This document shows, one piece after another, positions 34,778-56,166 of a stretch of DNA of 64,000 bases (position 1 is its first letter; each line of letters begins with the position of its first letter). The stretch lies in NCBI RefSeq assembly GCF_009914755.1, contig NC_060936.1; one strand, 5' to 3'. The position numbers were made by a program, and so were the translations under genes. The notes under the pieces were generated by a model, which did not search any database, was not told the DNA's origin, and saw only the letters and a list, made by a program, of their open reading frames with translations. The DNA comes from the human T2T-CHM13v2.0 reference genome, Homo sapiens.

Positions 34778-35426
34778 CAGTTGAGTCTTGTTATTTTCAG
34801 TAGTTCTGTTCTACAAAGTTGTCAGAATCAATGAATTAGGGAATACTGAAGCTAATTGCTTCAGCAATTAAGCATTGCTCCTAGGGGAAATGCAGGGTTA
34901 GGTTCCTGTGATCCTCTGATTACAACATTTTTGTCAACTGATCAACTGATCAATTAATAACCTTGTTCTATGTGTATTTCTGTTTAAAAACACCATATTT
35001 AATATACATTGTAGATTCGTTAACATTGCACTCACAGCCAGCAGCACTGCAACTCATGTCTGGAGTTTATCGAACACATATTTTCCCTGTAAGGCACATT
35101 ACAGCCTCCTTGTGCTCAGGATCATTAGATAGCACTTCTGCACTGTGCTTTGGGCTTCCTTTAAACAACAAAATCACCAAGAAAAGGACAAACATGCAAA
35201 AAACATGCCATTACATAGATCACAAAAAGGGTACTTGTTTATAATATGAGAGCTAAAACAAGAAGGCAATGTTGCCTTGTTTGACTTCAGCTAAGAACGT
35301 GCCATTGTGCACATTTCTGTGAATAACCTCAGAAGCATAGTGAGTATTGATTTTGGGGTTACAAATGAACGTTAGCTGCTAGGTGAATTCGCACATACTG
35401 AATCTGTGAATGATGAGGATCAACTG
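34778..35426 (+). mobile_element. Tigger-family DNA transposon derivative (MER82-like)
   Basis: Terminal inverted repeats CAGTTGA...TCAACTG; internal gctcctaggggaaat.cagggttaggttcctg. Confidence 0.75.
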
Positions 35427-36151
35427 CAAAGTGTAAACCTGGAGGGATTCATAGAAGAGATGTGTTTTGAGTGAGGCCTTGAAGGATGAGTAAATGAAGA
35501 TGGGAATGATGAGTGGGGACAGATGTCAGCCCCTAATGGGTTCTAGTCTCATCACACTCATACCTTCCTGATCACAGACCCTTTCTTCCTCTAGTATACT
35601 ATCTTTGAAGCTGAATCCTTGAGCTTTACAATTTACTGCTTATTAAAGAAGGAGCTTAATAAACATAGGGAAGCATCTAATTTATAGATTAAATGATCAT
35701 TAGGCCTCTCTTCATATCTAAGGAAAACTTCTTTTGTCTGTGAATAAAAAAAGTCTGAAAATTTTATGTTGGAGAGAGATATCAATTAAAAAACCAGAGT
35801 TCAACCTGCAACTAAATCTACAAATCAGGACAGATAATTGATATTATTTTGTTGTCAAACACCTACATTAGGGAGACTAGAGTTAGAAGACTGGGGGACA
35901 AACAAGGAGAGCCTTTTAACGTTCCCTACCTGCAATATTAGCTTATGATATTTTTGATTATCTTTATTAAGGGGAAAAAAACGACTTCCCCTTAATCCAT
36001 AATTTAAACATTACTTCTCAAAAGTGATAAAAATAGCATGTAGGTATTAGTCAAAGATTTGTTTTTTCAAGATTTAGCTGAAAACCAAACTAAAACTTCC
36101 ATGTGCTCCAATAAACCCAGTGTTTTTCATAGGTTGCTATTTCTAATCCCT

Positions 36152-36304
36152 GTTGCCATGGTTATGGACTTTACATCAGCAAAAAGGGGATGAGGTACTG
36201 AGTGATTTATACCCACTGTTTGATATTTTAAGTGCTTCACCACTGCTCTTTTCCTTTTCTGTAGAAAGTATATAAGGATGTTTTTCTGGTAGGGCTTTCA
36301 GACC
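36152..36304 (+). promoter_or_regulatory. Core promoter: X-box-like GTTGCCATGGTTAT (36152-36165), TATA box TATATAAG (36269-36276), initiator TCAGACC with +1 A at 36300
   Basis: TATA at -31 from a YYANWYY initiator, followed by an ATG-free stretch ending in a consensus donor. Confidence 0.6.
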
Positions 36305-36368
36305 TTCAGATAAAGGAGCTCTCGAAATACAACCCATAAGGAATAAAGCCATAGCCAGTGCTTCCCTG
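36300..36368 (+). other. OTOGL: Non-coding first exon (69 nt), tentatively the distal 5' UTR exon of otogelin-like
   Basis: No ATG; donor CTG|gtaagt. The gene identity rests only on unverified recollection that OTOGL exon 1 lies about 3 kb upstream of an RPL26 pseudogene. Confidence 0.5.
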
Positions 36369-36998
36369 GTAAGTTTTGGGGGATGGAAGTGGCAGCAGTC
36401 ATAAGAAAGCAAATCGAGAAGTAAGGGCAGTTGGCTGTTCTACTGAAAATGGTTTAATGGAAATGAGAGGTGATGAAGCATTTACAATATAACCTGCAAT
36501 ACAAGGTTGGCATAGAAAACATTTAAAAATTATAATTAAAATTAAACAGCTCAAGAATGACCTGTATTTTCTCTCTGTAGCATAATGCTTCCTTTGATAA
36601 ATCTAAGAACCCCTGGATGTTCACTCAGTTGGAAAAATCAATGGTTTAGTTCCAATCACTTTGAAGAGAGGAAACTGGTGATTTGGATGGTTCCACTCCT
36701 GGTCCCGTGTTCTGTGGCTGTTATTACTGTTGCTTCACGTTAATGGAAATAATTCATTAACTGAAAGTCAGCTCTAAAAGGATCAATTACACACATGGCT
36801 CCTGCCCATTTTCTGTTACTCTTGGGCTAAGTTCTCCCGCTTCCTCATGGTCTGGAAGGCAGAAATCCCTTCTATCCATAATTGGCAGGTTTTATAGGTT
36901 GAAACCTATGGTTTCAGACAATGGAAATTTGCTCAAGAACTCAGGACTTTCAGTTGCCCAACTAGTGGCAAGTATTGTTACTTTAAAGTGTAGTTTAT

Positions 36999-37258
36999 TC
37001 CAATTCTACTCTTTTAGTTATTTTAAAATATACAGTAAATTATTGTTAACTATGGTTGCCCTATTAAGCCACCGAACACTAGATCTTACTTCTCCTAACA
37101 ACAACAAAAATATGATAAATGCTTGAAGTGATGGATACCCCAACTACTTCAATTTGATCATTATACATTATATCTTTTTATCTAAATATCATATGTACCC
37201 CATAAATATGTATAACTATTATGTATCCATAATAATCAAAAATTAAAAAATTTTTAAA
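36999..37258 (+). mobile_element. Short L1MA 3' end with a 5' inversion (twin priming)
   Basis: 36999-37098 antisense, 37099-37258 sense; TGTAGTTTAT on both flanks. Confidence 0.7.
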
Positions 37259-37394
37259 AATGTAGTTTATACAAAGCTTATTAATAGTGGAGGCTCATAT
37301 AAACCCATATAATTGATTTCAACTTTATAAAACACATTGTTTTTCAAACCGCTAGAAAGTATTACATGAATTCACTCTGTTAATCTGTGTTTAG

Positions 37395-37418
37395 GTGTTA
37401 CGAGAAACTGGCCACAAG
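37395..37418 (+). pseudogene. Candidate 24-nt micro-exon (G)VTRNWPQ
   Basis: ttaatctgtgtttag| ... AAG|gtcagt. Confidence 0.5.
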
Positions 37419-38032
37419 GTCAGTACTTTATAGAAGTTAACCTCTTTTCCTTTTCTTTCAAGCTGGTATTGGGGGTGGGAGACATTATTACAACTCCAGA
37501 ATGTTTATGCAAAGGAAGAATGATTCAGACTGGCTGTAGACATTGTGCTAAGATTTATTCATCTTAATGAATAAATCCTTTCCTACTTTTGTTTTTCCAG
37601 TTCCTCAACTTTCACTTTTTTTTTCCCATGTGTTTCCCATTTCAAATGGAGAAAATGCTAGTACATTTTAACAAAATTCTTTGCAGTTGTCAAGGCTTAG
37701 TATATTAAGGAATTTATTCTATTTTTTAAAAGCCTGTATTCTTATAGCACTGGGTTCATAGTACTGATCAAGCATTTAAATAAGAACTTGAAAATTTTGT
37801 AATTCCAGCATGCTGGTGAATAACCATGCAATGAAAGGTAAAATGAAAAGCCTCAATTTAAAAAAGTGAGCTTCTGTTGCTGTGATTCAAATGTTTGCTT
37901 TAAAAGCACTTAAGATGTTCCTGCAGAATCTCTTGCTTTTTCTCTTTAACAAATCCTGCTTGCTCCTCCTACGTGAAAGGTTGATGTTTCCGCAAGAGTT
38001 CAAATACAATGGTGTGGTACAAGTTAGTACAG

Positions 38033-38062
38033 GCCTCATGGCTCTAAGTTCTTTTTGTGGTG
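38033..38062 (+). pseudogene. Candidate 30-nt micro-exon (G)LMALSSFCG (module copy 1, exon a)
   Basis: Donor GTG|gtaagt; exon end plus about 30 nt of intron are homologous to 45110-45156; weak acceptor ttagtacag|. Confidence 0.5.
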
Positions 38063-39099
38063 GTAAGTGGGTGGAATATGTATCCAGTTTTTTAGTACAA
38101 AGAATTTTAAATGCTCTTAATATTTGAGTGTAAGAATTAAGGTAGTCACACACACTTCCTCATTCTCCTGAACATCCTCCTTTCTGGCTTTATGGCTCTT
38201 GGATAGGTGCCAAAAATGGAAGGTTGAGTGGAGACTGTTTTATCTCTTTTCAGCCTATGTTCTATCACAACTGCATTATAATTCAATTAATGTAAAATAA
38301 GACAAATAATTATATGATAGCCTTGTTATAACATATTCATCATGTAGAGCAATAGCATAATAGGGAACAGTTTTTAAATATAGTGCCTAGTCCAGTATCT
38401 ATGTTATATCATATAATCATCACAGTAAGTGTAAAAGCAGTTTTTTTTAAAAAAATCCTCATTTAATAGATGAAGAAACTGAGTCTCACACTGCTAAAGC
38501 AACTTTTCCAAGGGCACAGAACTAATTATAAGAGAAACTTGAGATTGGGATCTGTTTACTTGAGCCCACACCATACCTGTAAAGGGGGGAAATTGCTGTA
38601 GGTGAAGTGTTGTGGTATTGATGTCCTCATTGTAATTAAACGGAAAATACTTTGGGAAGAGCTCCAATATTAATCTGTTCCATTTCACATTTTTTATTCC
38701 GGAGAAAGAGTGTTTGGTCTCCAAGGATCAATTGAATCAAGAAATGTTCTTAATTCTGAAATGTAACCTTATGTTCTCTTATGCAACAATTTTTCCAATC
38801 CAGGCTTCTATTAATTCCAGACCTATGAATCCACTAGTTGATAAATCCACTCAAACTCAATACAAGTAGGATGCAGAATGCAGTGGTTGAGGGACTGTGC
38901 ACTTACTAACTGTGTGACTGAGCAACTTACTTAACTCCCTGGGACCCTAAGTAAACTAGGGAATGTATAGAATCTATCTCACATACTTGCTACGATCTAT
39001 CAATCAGCTTATTTATCTATCTATCTTACTTACCGTTGATATATCCATTGCACCTAGAACAGTGCCAGGAACAGAGCCATTGCTATATATTATCATCAA

Positions 39100-40470
<1,371 letters not shown>

Positions 40471-41575
40471 CTTTCTCCATTTAGGAACATAGTAATAGCT
40501 GAATAATATGGAAATACCGCTAGTATTATTCTAAAAATGCCTATACCTTTGCAAACATTCACACAACTATTTGAAAAAGAAAAATGGGCCTGTAATGATG
40601 TAATTGTTTTTAAGATAATATATTCTAGACACCTGAGAACTGATAACTTTTGCCTTGTTTCTGAAGATTCATCAGTACTTTTTAAAATGTGATTGATCTT
40701 TTGTGGCCAGGGGTCAAAATATAATTTATTTCATACAGAAAATAACTTGATCTTTTCCCTGTTGACTTAATCCCAACACCTACAGAAGTTGGGCTGAAAA
40801 GATCAGAATTCCCAATATTCATTTCTATTTTAACCTGAAGATGATTAATGAAGCATGAAGGTGTTAAGCCATGTGCTAGATGCTGTAAGGGATTCAGTGA
40901 GGTATGAGGCAAGGAACCTACTCTGAAAGCAGCTTACAAGCTAGTACAGGAGATAGGAGTACTTTGGGATTTGAATACCCAAAATGCAGTAGACTTGTGA
41001 TGGGGCCAGGATCCAGTGAGAAACATCCCAATCTCACATCTCTCCCATATCCAGATTGCTGGGAAGATTGAATGCTTAGAAAAGCCACATACCTCAAGCT
41101 TTTCCATTTCTCAACCCTTATTGCTCATTAGAATCACTGGGGGAGCTTTAAAAAATGGATACTTAGGCCCTGCCTCAGACGAATTAAATTGCCAAGAGAG
41201 GCGTGTTCTTTCCTGTGTATGGTAGCAAGCACTTACCTAACTTGGGGAAGGACCCAACTCACTTAGCTAGCTAGTGCCAAGGATACACTTAATAATTGAG
41301 TGGATACAGTGCCTTAGTTCGTCATTGTCTTCCTTATTTTCTCAAGAAGGCATACGTTGGAGGGGTGAGAGCATGTCAGGGGGGTGAGAGCAGTGTTGTA
41401 GGGGTGGGAGAGAGCTGCCTAGTTGGGCACAGTTTAAGTGCAAGGCATTATTGTAGGTATCTATAGATTGTCACACAAAAGATTTAGTAAGGATTGTGTA
41501 TCATCAATCTTTTAAAGAAATCTGGTAAATTCATAATTTTTATTATGAACCAAAACATACTCGAAAATAAAAACT

Positions 41576-41932
<357 letters not shown>

Positions 41933-43090
41933 TTAGCAATTTCCTATCTTTGGGTAAAATTCATTTAAAACTATTCTAAGAACATAAACAATAGCAGTAA
42001 GTGTGAGTTTAAAACATATGTGGAGAAAAAGTCGCATCAAAATAAATTCAGTCATCACTCAATTATAAAATGGTATGGGTAGAAGGGAACCTATGGTTCA
42101 TTCTTTATTTTAAAATTAAGGCCCAAAGAAGTTAGATTGCCTGCCTAAGGTCACACAGCTAGCTATTTTGAGAAAGTTTCTCATATCCTAGCTACATTTC
42201 TGAAATAAAAGGAAATAGTAATATCAATTTAGAAGATGTTATTTCAGGATAACCTGCAGATTTTTATCTTTGTACCATATATTATTATTGTTCTTGGGCA
42301 GTATCTAAATTGTTCTAATTAAGACCCTTTTCACCTGAAGAGTGAAAATTATTGATGCTTTTAGCCCAGTCTATATAAATGTTTAAATATATATCAAGAA
42401 TTATAAGTATCATGAACCTTAATGTTAATACAATAACATTTTTCCTCTCTGCTTCCCAACTCTTGCCTTTCCCCATCATACTCCCCTTTACCCATTCAGA
42501 CTTTTTGATTTTGGATAAGAAGTGGTAAATTGGTATCCCCGGCATGACTACATTTAAATAACTATATCTGAAGATTGTTTTATGGAAAAGTTTACAAAGC
42601 ACTGGAACTTTGCTGTCAATACCTGACAGTGTACCCACTGGAAATCATCAAAGGCTTCATTCCAACAGATACTGGGAAAAAACATCAACCATTTACGGAT
42701 AAAAACGTTTCCATAAAAACATGAGCAAACTATTTTTTGGATCTGTTCAGATTTAATTGTGAGACCAAATGTCATATGACATCACTAAAAACAAAAAGGA
42801 ATAATTCCAAGATCTACAAGGATGAGTGGGCACAAATCACAACTGCTGCAGTATATCCACTAAAACATTTGTTGACTCCAAAGCCATTGTGCCCCATTTG
42901 GATATTATACTCAGATGTTACCATTTGGTATTTGTGCGTGGACACATTTATGCATGAAATGATGAAGGAAGATTCGTCAGCTCTTAGCAGATTTATCTTC
43001 TCTTGAAATCATTTTTTCCTGCCTTCATTTGGGAGAGGGTGGCTTTCACACTACCAGAAACTACCTCATGCTGATGCTGTTATATTTCAG

Positions 43091-43130
43091 TCTTCACAGA
43101 CTATGTCCAGGGTCCCAAGTCACTAGACTG
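43091..43130 (+). pseudogene. Candidate 40-nt exon (V)FTDYVQGPKS.. with a +1 insertion (module copy 1, exon b)
   Basis: ttatatttcag| ... CTG|gtaatc; paralogous to 59342-59377; removing one T gives a 39-nt exon VFTDYVQGPKSQT. Confidence 0.6.
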
Positions 43131-43982
43131 GTAATCTGTTTTAGGGTTATTTCTCAATGGTTTGACAATCACCTGTGTATTTGTTTTATCTCTCCAGAGA
43201 TTGAATGTCCACTTTTCTTCTTTCCTGTTCCTCTTTTTTTCTTGATATATTTTTTGGTAATTCCTTTTCTGTTCTTCTCCATATGTTTCCTAAACTGATT
43301 ATTAGATTTTCAGGCAACTGGCACATATTATAACAGGAGTTGAAGACTTTTGCAGCCATCTCATGAAACATACGCACACACATACACAAGTGTGTGCACA
43401 TGCACACAATCCTATATCCTTTGCCTTACTAGTACTCGTAATGTATGATTCTCTGGATTGCATTCTTCCATCTTTTATAACTGCTTCAGCTATATTTAAT
43501 TAATCATACTGTATAGAAAGCAATGCAACAGTGGCCATTAAATTCTTTTATTTGTTATGCCTATCCTACTTAGTTTTATCAATTCAGCAGTGAAATGCAT
43601 GACAATATTTATTAGTACTATGTTTTTTTCTTTTTTTTTTAAATTAGTACTATGTTTTTGAAGCATTTTTTTTTACTTTGGTTAATTTGCTAAAAATTTT
43701 AATGAATTACCAATTTGACAAATTTACAAAGAGTTTACATGTACCAAAAATGTGTGTCTTCTAACCATTTATAAATTTTATAGTAATTTATATTGAATAG
43801 AATGATTTATCATCTGCCTGATATTGACTGGGCTTGCTCAGGTGTCTAGGATCAGCTGGCAAATTAGTTGTAAACTGACTGGCCTAGAATGGCTATATTA
43901 GTTTCCTATTTCTGCTGTAACAAATTATCTCACACTTCATGAAATGTTATTCAAAGAGTTAAAAGCAACAAGCCTTTTGGAA

Positions 43983-44877
43983 CTTAAATTTACAAGCAAA
44001 AAGCAACCCCATTAAAAGGTGGGCAAAGGACATAACGGACATTTTTCAAAAGAAGGCATACATGTGGCTAACAAGCATATGAAAAAATGCTCAACATGAC
44101 TAATCATTAGAGAAATGCAAATCAAAACCACAATGGGATACCATCTCACATCAGTCAGAATTTTTGGCTATTATTAAAGTGAAAAAATTAAAGTGAAAAA
44201 GTGAAAAAATGACAGATGCTAGTGAGGTTGCGGAGAAGAGGAAATGCTTATACACTGCTGGTGGGGATGTAAATTAGTTTAGCCATTGTAGAAAGCAGTG
44301 TGGTGGTTTCTCAAAGAACTTAAAACAGAATTACCGTTCGACCTAGCAAGCCCCTTATTGGGTATACACCCGAAAGAATATGAATCATTCTACCATAAAG
44401 ACACATGTACACATACGTTCATTGCAGCGCTGTTTACAAAAACAAAGACATGGAATCAACCTAAAGGCCCATCAGTGGTAGACTAGATAAAGAAAATATG
44501 ATACATATACACCATGGAATACTACATAGCCATAAAAGAGGAAGATCATGACCTTTGCAGCAACATGATGGAGCTGGAGGCCATTATCCCAAGTAAACTA
44601 ATGCAGGAACAGAAAACCAAATACCACATGTTCTCATTTATAAATGGGAGCTAAGTAACAAGAATACATGGACACGAAGAGGGAAATAACAGACACTGGG
44701 GCCTATTTGAGAGTGGAGGGTGGGAGGAGGGACAGGATCAAAAAACTATCTATTGGGTACTATGTTTATTACCCACATGATGAAATGATCTGTACACCAA
44801 ACCCCATGACACGCAGTTTACCTATTTAACAAACCTGCACATGTACCCCAAAACTAAAATAAAAGTTAAAAAGAAAT
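43983..44877 (+). mobile_element. 5'-truncated L1PA16/L1PB-like 3' end
   Basis: ORF2 C-terminus (WWFLKELKTELPFD), 3' UTR, A tail. Confidence 0.85.
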
Positions 44878-45041
44878 AAGACTTTTGTAAGTTGCTAATA
44901 TCAGGAAGTTGGCAAATAGATTTATTTTTACATTTAGTCATTAATCTAATTGATTTTCTGTGAACTGGCTTTAGAACATTGGATTTTTGTCATATTGACT
45001 TGCTTCCTTTTCAAATGGATTATGTCATTTGAATTTTGCAG

Positions 45042-45124
45042 TAATTCTGATTAATTATTCTGTTATAATATAATTGTTATAATTATAACAATTATAATTC
45101 TGAATAATTGTTCTTTCTGTAGTG
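45042..45124 (+). pseudogene. Candidate exon (V)ILNNCSFCS (30 nt) disrupted by a 53-nt AT-rich insertion (module copy 2, exon a)
   Basis: gaattttgcag| acceptor, GTG|gtaagt donor; TAATTCTGA direct repeat at 45042 and 45095 brackets the insertion. Confidence 0.5.
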
Positions 45125-45517
45125 GTAAGTGGGTGGAATACATTTCTAGTTTTTTTATTTTTAAACACAAACGATGCTAAGCACTTGAATCATATCAAGA
45201 GGCATTTGTCCCAAATTGGTGACGTGAAATTTGATTAGTTGGCTAAAGTGACACTTGCTAGATATTTTTCATTGTTACTTTTTTTTCTCTTTGCAATTTA
45301 TGGCAATCTATGTGGGAGATACTTTGAGAATGTGTCAGTATCCTGTATCTTAAATTTTCACCCAATGCTTTTAGCATCCATTGATGACTTTTGCTTGAAT
45401 CAATTATTAAATTGGTGGTTTTCTAATTCTAACATTTGTTAGCTGACATTCTTCTATAAAGACGTTCTCCCCCACCTCCTTTCTTTAGTAACACTCTGGA
45501 CACATGTATTTAAAAAA

Positions 45518-45732
45518 ATATATATATATACACGTATATATATATATATGTATATATATATATGTATATATATATGTGTATATATATGTATATATATTGT
45601 ATATATATGTGTATATATATGTGTATATATATGTGTATATATGTGTATATATATGTGTATATATATGTGTATATATATGTGTATATATATATGTGTGTGT
45701 ATATATATATATATATACACACACACATATAT
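45518..45732. repeat. Compound (TA)n/(TATATATGTG)n/(CA)n microsatellite inside old L1ME sequence
   Basis: Direct inspection. Confidence 0.95.
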
Positions 45733-46666
45733 AATTTACGGTTATCATTATTCTTTGCTCAAATTATTCCAGATTTGGCTTTAAGACAGCTCTTATATCT
45801 TTCTGACTCGTCTCCAGTCTTTAACCTCTTTTCTCTTTTATGACACATGGAAAAAATATGCTCTAGGTTCATCTTGTGCTTCTTATGCCCCAACTTTAGA
45901 ATCATTAATTTCTTTAAGAAGACTGAGTATGGAATGATATTTAGAAACAAAAATCTGAAACTAAATGTTTTTATTGCTATGAAGCTATTGTTACTTCCAG
46001 GCCCTTGCTAAGGTCAGAGCTCAAAATGTATCACAATAAAATATGAGTTTGTATTGACATGAATTCTATTTTAAATCAAACAACACAGGGTTCTTTCTCT
46101 ATTTGTTATTGTATCTTCTTTTTCATTCGGGGAGAAATGTGGTTTCCCAAACATTAATATCTTTACTCATTTACTTTATCATGCCATTTGAAACTCATAG
46201 TATCTTATTTTACTTTGTCTCTGAGTTATGTTGTATCTATGCATTGCCAGAAATTTTCTCTGCCATTGTTGTTGATCCATGTGATTTGTTTGAAGGATAT
46301 TTATACGGGTTTGGATGAAAGAGGATTTCATTATTTAGGGGGGACACAGAACACTTTAACACTAGCTTTCAAAGCTTTTAGAGCTCAAAGGGATCCATGT
46401 CTCTTCAATTTATTTCATTATTGGCCAGAGTAACACCTGATTGGCCAGATCCAATATCAAAGGATGAGAGAAGTGCAAATGTACCACATGCCTAGAAGGA
46501 TAACTGGAATAGCACTGATGACTGATGACCACCACATTAGTCTTTATTCTTTTTTTTCTTTTAGATATGAAAGTGAATATGTATTTAGAATAAGAAAAGA
46601 AATTACAACAAAATATAAAATTTTTTTAAAGCTGACAATTATCACAAACATCACAAAATCTAGTAA

Positions 46667-53270
<6,604 letters not shown>

Positions 53271-53351
53271 CAGTCATCCACTGCATTAATCTTAATGACC
53301 AATGATGCTTATACAATTTACAACCAACCTTTGTTGAGGCTTTAATCACTC

Positions 53352-53940
53352 TCTTAGTCTAGGTCCCCCAGAAAACAAAAAGTGAGGCAAAAGCTTAGAT
53401 GAAATTTTTTATTAGGGAATGCAATCCCAGGAAAGCTGGTGTGGGTAAAAGGAGAATGAGACGAGGAAGAAAGGAAAGCCAAATGAGGATATATTCTGAG
53501 TGAATCTTTTACCACCTGGTATCAAATGCAACTGATTACTCACTCTTAATCCTCTCCTTCCAAGAGAACATATTAAACTACCACATCTCTGGATGGCCCA
53601 TCTTGGGAAAAAGAATTTATCAATGAACTCTCATCTGTCATTGCTCAAATAATTCCATAAAGTGTGTCAGCTTCCCTGAACTTTGGTTTTGTTTTCCTTG
53701 TGCTTCTGTACACTGTGAGCAAGTGAGGTGGGGCTCTATGCTCCAGTGGCAACAGGAAAGCCATAGGACAGGAGATGCAAGGTGATCCATTGGCATGAAG
53801 TCTGTGCTGTTGGGAAAGCCTACTGGAGCCCATATGGAGTTGGTCATCAAAGTGAAGATTCAACTGTCTCAATTGGATAATGGCTCAAGAGACAAATGGG
53901 GCCTGGAGTATCAGGGGTGTCATGTAAGTTATATCTGACA
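53352..53940 (-). mobile_element. Old ERVL/MaLR-type LTR
   Basis: tcttagtctaggtcccccagaaaaca...gaggcaaa end motif. Confidence 0.45.
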
Positions 53941-54049
53941 TAATCACTTTTACCTTTGAATCTTAGTTACCATGTTAACTACCATCTATAAAATAGAGGC
54001 GATAAGCTATCTCTGGGTGACTTAAAAAAATATATATATATAAAATGGA

Positions 54050-54780
54050 ACTCATCGTGTTCTTTAAAACAAGACTTTTTTTATTAATGTCATTAATTAT
54101 TTTTCCATTAATGGCAGTAATTATTCAATTCATTTAAGTTAGAGACCTTGTAGTAAACTTTGACTCCTATTTCTTACTCTGCAATCACAGTCAGAAGCCT
54201 AGACATGTAGAACCTAGCTCCACAATGCCCCTTGAATCTTCTAACTCATTTCTTTCCCATTACCATCACGTTAACTCAGGCTTTGAGTACATTTTGCCTG
54301 AAATAGCCACCTGATGTTTTCCGTACCTCCTGCCTCTCCTTTCTCTTGCCAGAATAATCTCCTTAAAGCATCTGATCCTATTTTTTCTTCTTCAAAACAT
54401 CATTCACTTCCAAGAGTCCATTAAATTAAATCCAACCTTCATTATGTACGACCTAGAAGAATCCTCAAATCAATTAAACCTGCCTTTTCTACCTAGTTCT
54501 GTTTTGTTAGCATCCGTATACCTAATTGCAGCCAAACTGGATTTCACAGGTTTCCTTGGATACAAGCTTTGCTTTCTTAACTTTATTTCTTGTTCATATT
54601 TTCCTGCAATCTTAAAATGCCCTTCCTGCTACTGCTTTTTTCTTCTTCAAAAGCACATCTTAAAATGCCCTTCCTGCACATGCTTCCTTATCAAAAACAC
54701 ATATTCTCCTTTCTTCAAAGCACATCTTTAAAACTATCTCCTTCAGGAAGCCTGGACTGTCCCATCACGCCTGTTGTCTC
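54050..54780. mobile_element. L2 fragment with an internal direct duplication (54610-54730)
   Basis: L2 motifs; atcttaaaatgcccttcctgc twice. Confidence 0.55.
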
Positions 54781-56166
54781 ATCACTGCCAGTGATGAGTC
54801 TCTTGCCTGGGTGTCTTCACTTCTAATGTAGACTATTTTTTACCTTCCCTTAAAGAGGTGGGGGATCATGCAGCTTCTCTATTCTCAGAACTATAGGAAC
54901 ACCCCAAGTCACTGTCTAATTTAGGAGATTGGCCCAAGGCAGGGAAGAGGTGAGTTTGGCAGCCTCTGATGAGGGAAATTGGAGGAAATTATGCTGCCAA
55001 GATAACCATGTTTTGTGCTCCTAGATTGAGCTCTTTGATCATACAAATCTATGGAAAGGTCTTTCTCTGCTGCCATCGGCTGTGAAGCGTGCCTGAGATA
55101 GATGCTGGCTGATTTTGCAATGATGGGTAAACTACATTATTTGCTGATTTGGATGATCTCACAGCGCTAGGAGGGGGATAGAAGGAGTGTAACGTTTTCT
55201 TCCCAACCCCGATGGCTTAGGAAGGTGAAGTGGACCCTGACTCTCATGTGCCCAAAGTGTTTACTTGTAAATGAGCTCTAAATTCAATATACTTACAAAA
55301 TGTAGTAAACAAGAGCTCAATCAGTAAATCTCTACCAGTCATTTGACATAATTATCCTCTAGAGTAATGTGAAATATGGTTTAATTGACACCATTTCAAA
55401 CAGCATTTGCTTTATTTGGGTGGAGTTTTTTTCCTACTAATAACAGAGTTGGAGAAAAATGACTCTTATTGCATGTAAGCTAACATTTTGTACCAGTGAG
55501 AACATATTTTGGTAGGAAAAAGATGAAAGCTAAAAATAGTATACTGGAAAAGTCATTTTATCAAGCATATTCTGACTGAGAGAGGTCCTAAAACTCTTGT
55601 CTTAAGAAATGTTTAATCTTAGATCTGTTTTTTTTTTTTTTTGGTCATAAGAAGGAGAAGAATTGCTCTTTGATATTGATATTGGATATTAAGCAAGGTT
55701 TCTGGTTTCAAAGGAAATAGGATTTTATTTATCGAGAAGAGGCCTGCTCATAGAGAGGAAGCTGGCTAATTTTGGCCTATTTCCCTGGAATCACAATTTC
55801 CTATCTGATGGGAATTTGAGGAGCATGATTGTTTATATTCTAGAAAAGACAGTGGGAAGAAGAGAGGAAACAGCATCAAGGGGCTGACCTTTTGACCCAG
55901 CTGACAGCTACTGAATCCAAGATTTTAGAATTAGAATTGCAGGGCATTGGGAGTGCATCTTCCTAAGGCCAGTGAAATACGATTCTGAGTTCTATGAAGA
56001 ATGCAAGACTCTCTCTTGACTATCTCTTGAGCCTGTTCTCTTTATCATTTCTCTTACTTCTTACTCTGTAAGCAGTCAGAAGCAGTCAATAGTTCACAGT
56101 CAGAAGGGTAAATGGCACAGCTTGTTAGCTGGTCTCCTTGCCCCTAAATTCAGCCTGGCTTCAGTT

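Noticed and set aside
33813-37418. Resemblance to spexin (NWxPQ, LYLK) or VIP (VFTD)
   Set aside because: Motifs are in the wrong order or different frames, and the remaining family residues are absent
45454-45843. Cluster of Y/I/H/T-rich ORFs
   Set aside because: Translations of the TA/TG microsatellite
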